Part shown: one piece after another, positions 62,350-64,000 of the stretch
Position numbering within the stretch: position 1 is the first letter of the stretch
How the letters are laid out: the number at the start of each line of letters is the position of its first letter
Origin: Lama glama
Taxonomy: Eukaryota
Direction of reading: 5' to 3'
NCBI GenBank assembly: GCA_028534125.1
Contig: CM052817.1
Coordinates: 39,744,001-39,808,000 of the forward strand
DNA: 64,000 bases
The notes under the pieces: model-generated
Told to the model about the DNA's origin: nothing
Databases searched by the model: none
Seen by the model: the letters and a program-made list of their open reading frames with translations, nothing else
Made by a program: the position numbers and the translations under genes

Positions 62350-62740
62350 TGTCGGGGTTAAACCAGAGAAGCAGAATACTGGGAGATATATATTAAGAGA
62401 GTTACTGCAAGGAAATACACAATTCTGGGGGCTGGCTAGGCAATCTGAAATCTATAAGACAGGCTTCCAGGAAGGGCAGGCTGAAATTCTCAGGCACAAG
62501 AAGCTGCAGTCCACAGGTAGAATGTCTTCTTCTGTAGAGAAGCCTCAGTTCTGCTTTTCAGGACTTTGGACTGATTGACTCAAGCCCACTCTGGTTATCT
62601 ACGATAATCTCCCCTACTTCAAGTCAACTATATACTTTAATCACACCTACAAGATAATGTCACTGCGACACCTACATTAGTGTTTGAGTAATTGAGAAGC
62701 GTAACCAGGTGTACACATCAAAAAGACCGTCAGTCACACA
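62350..62740 (-). mobile_element. MLT2-type ERV-L 5' LTR
   Basis: ccagagaagcagaa...ctgaaatctataagacaggc...actgattga...gataatctcccctacttcaagtcaact MLT2 hallmarks. Confidence 0.8.
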
Positions 62741-62749
62741 TGTGAGAAA

Positions 62750-62872
62750 ATAAAGGTAAAAAAGGAAAATAACCTCTTAGTATTACTATTAAAACAGCTG
62801 TGACTTCATGCACCCCCTGAAAGGGTTTCAGGGACCTCCAGGAGCCCCTAGGCTATCCTTTGAGAACTACTA
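62750..62872. mobile_element. hAT-Charlie terminal fragment
   Basis: tcttagtattactattaaaacag...ccccctgaaagggtttcagggacctcc...ctttgagaactact. Confidence 0.6.
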
Positions 62873-64000
62873 ACCTACATACATATATTTCTCCAACAAA
62901 AAAATACTAGTGCATGGAGGCACATTGCTTACAGTGGAGTTGCCTAAAACCTCATACCTCATTTAATTTATTTGTATTAAATTACATGGCTAACATAGTG
63001 AAAAGAGCCAACTCTGAATAGTAGGAAGCTTTCTGAGATAGGGAAACATAAAATGGTTTTTCCTTCTAGAGGTCTCAGTTCCTGGAAGTTCTCTCAAAGT
63101 ATGGACCTCTCCTTCCCTGAATGTGATTCTGGTATTTAAAGCTAGAGTGCATATTTTCAATAGCTTAGCCCTAAAAGCCAAACAATGACTTCTTCCATGC
63201 TCAGTCCAAGAAGCAATGAATCTTTCCAGTATGGAAGGGAAAACTGACGTGATGAGAGACAGTCTATCTGTTTCTGGGATGGAGCATTCCCAGTGAAACT
63301 TTCAAGGATAATTTTGACACACCCAACTTTTTCTTTATGGACCAGCTTAGAACCTAATTCTTTTATCTAGGATGTGACCCCCTGGTATTAATCTACCATC
63401 TGACTGGCAACCATTATCATAGGACGTGATATCTGAACCTACTATATCAAGTACTATCTCCAAAACAGTAGTTAGAACTAATGGTGAAAGTTTTTCATCC
63501 CAGGGCACACTGTTATGACATAGTGATATACTCAACGCACACTTGCTAAATTGAGTAGAATGCTCCAAAAGGGCAAGAACGAAGCTTCAGGGAGTATATA
63601 CACTTGAAGAAGAAGCCTCTGACCAGAAAATCCAGGCTCTCCTTTTCCCAATCCATTTATTCACTGAGTACATGTAAATCAGCAGTCAGAAACTAAAAGG
63701 CCTTTACAAAGATCCATACAATGTTTTTTAGAAAATTTGAATTGATTACTTACCTATTAAAATATACACACTAAAATTAAAATTTCTGGATCCTGTTATA
63801 ATCAGGCATCCCTGAGCTCCCATTCCCTCAGGACACAACCTCCCCTGTATACTCTGTCTCCATTCCCCTCATGGTCTTTTGTCACCACCATGGCATTGAT
63901 GTATTTATTACAGTAGAAAAGAGTTAAGGGGAAAATGACACGTACTTGATACTTAAGTATTTATCAAAATTTTTCTCAACCACAGCCTATTTCCTCATTT

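Overview
Mammalian genomic DNA, most likely camelid (alpaca/llama/camel), judged from 11 copies of a tRNA-Ala(AGC)-derived Vic-1-type SINE. The window carries GPAT3 (AGPAT9; ER glycerol-3-phosphate acyltransferase 3) on the minus strand. It includes the CpG-island promoter (~55.6-57.2 kb), the ATG at 55939 and coding exons 1-11. These total 1205 nt with all GT-AG junctions and a continuous frame containing the NHTSPID and IFPEGT acyltransferase motifs. The last coding exon was not found in 1-3940 and presumably lies left of base 1. The rest is intronic and upstream DNA rich in L1 3' ends, SINEs, ERV LTRs, MaLRs, hAT MITEs and an ERV-L LTR+gag remnant. A 500-N gap has flanks that repeat 199 bp. 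I found no evidence for a new multi-gene system. The most interesting observations are: a TSD-flanked tailless retrocopy of the 5' half of tRNA-Val(CAC); two unidentified A-tailed, TSD-flanked inserts; overlapping acceptor and donor splice signals upstream of the ATG; a 24-bp G-rich promoter duplication; a tandem DR1 in intron 1; and inverted L1s bracketing exon blocks. Repeat family names come from recall and need RepeatMasker/Dfam confirmation.
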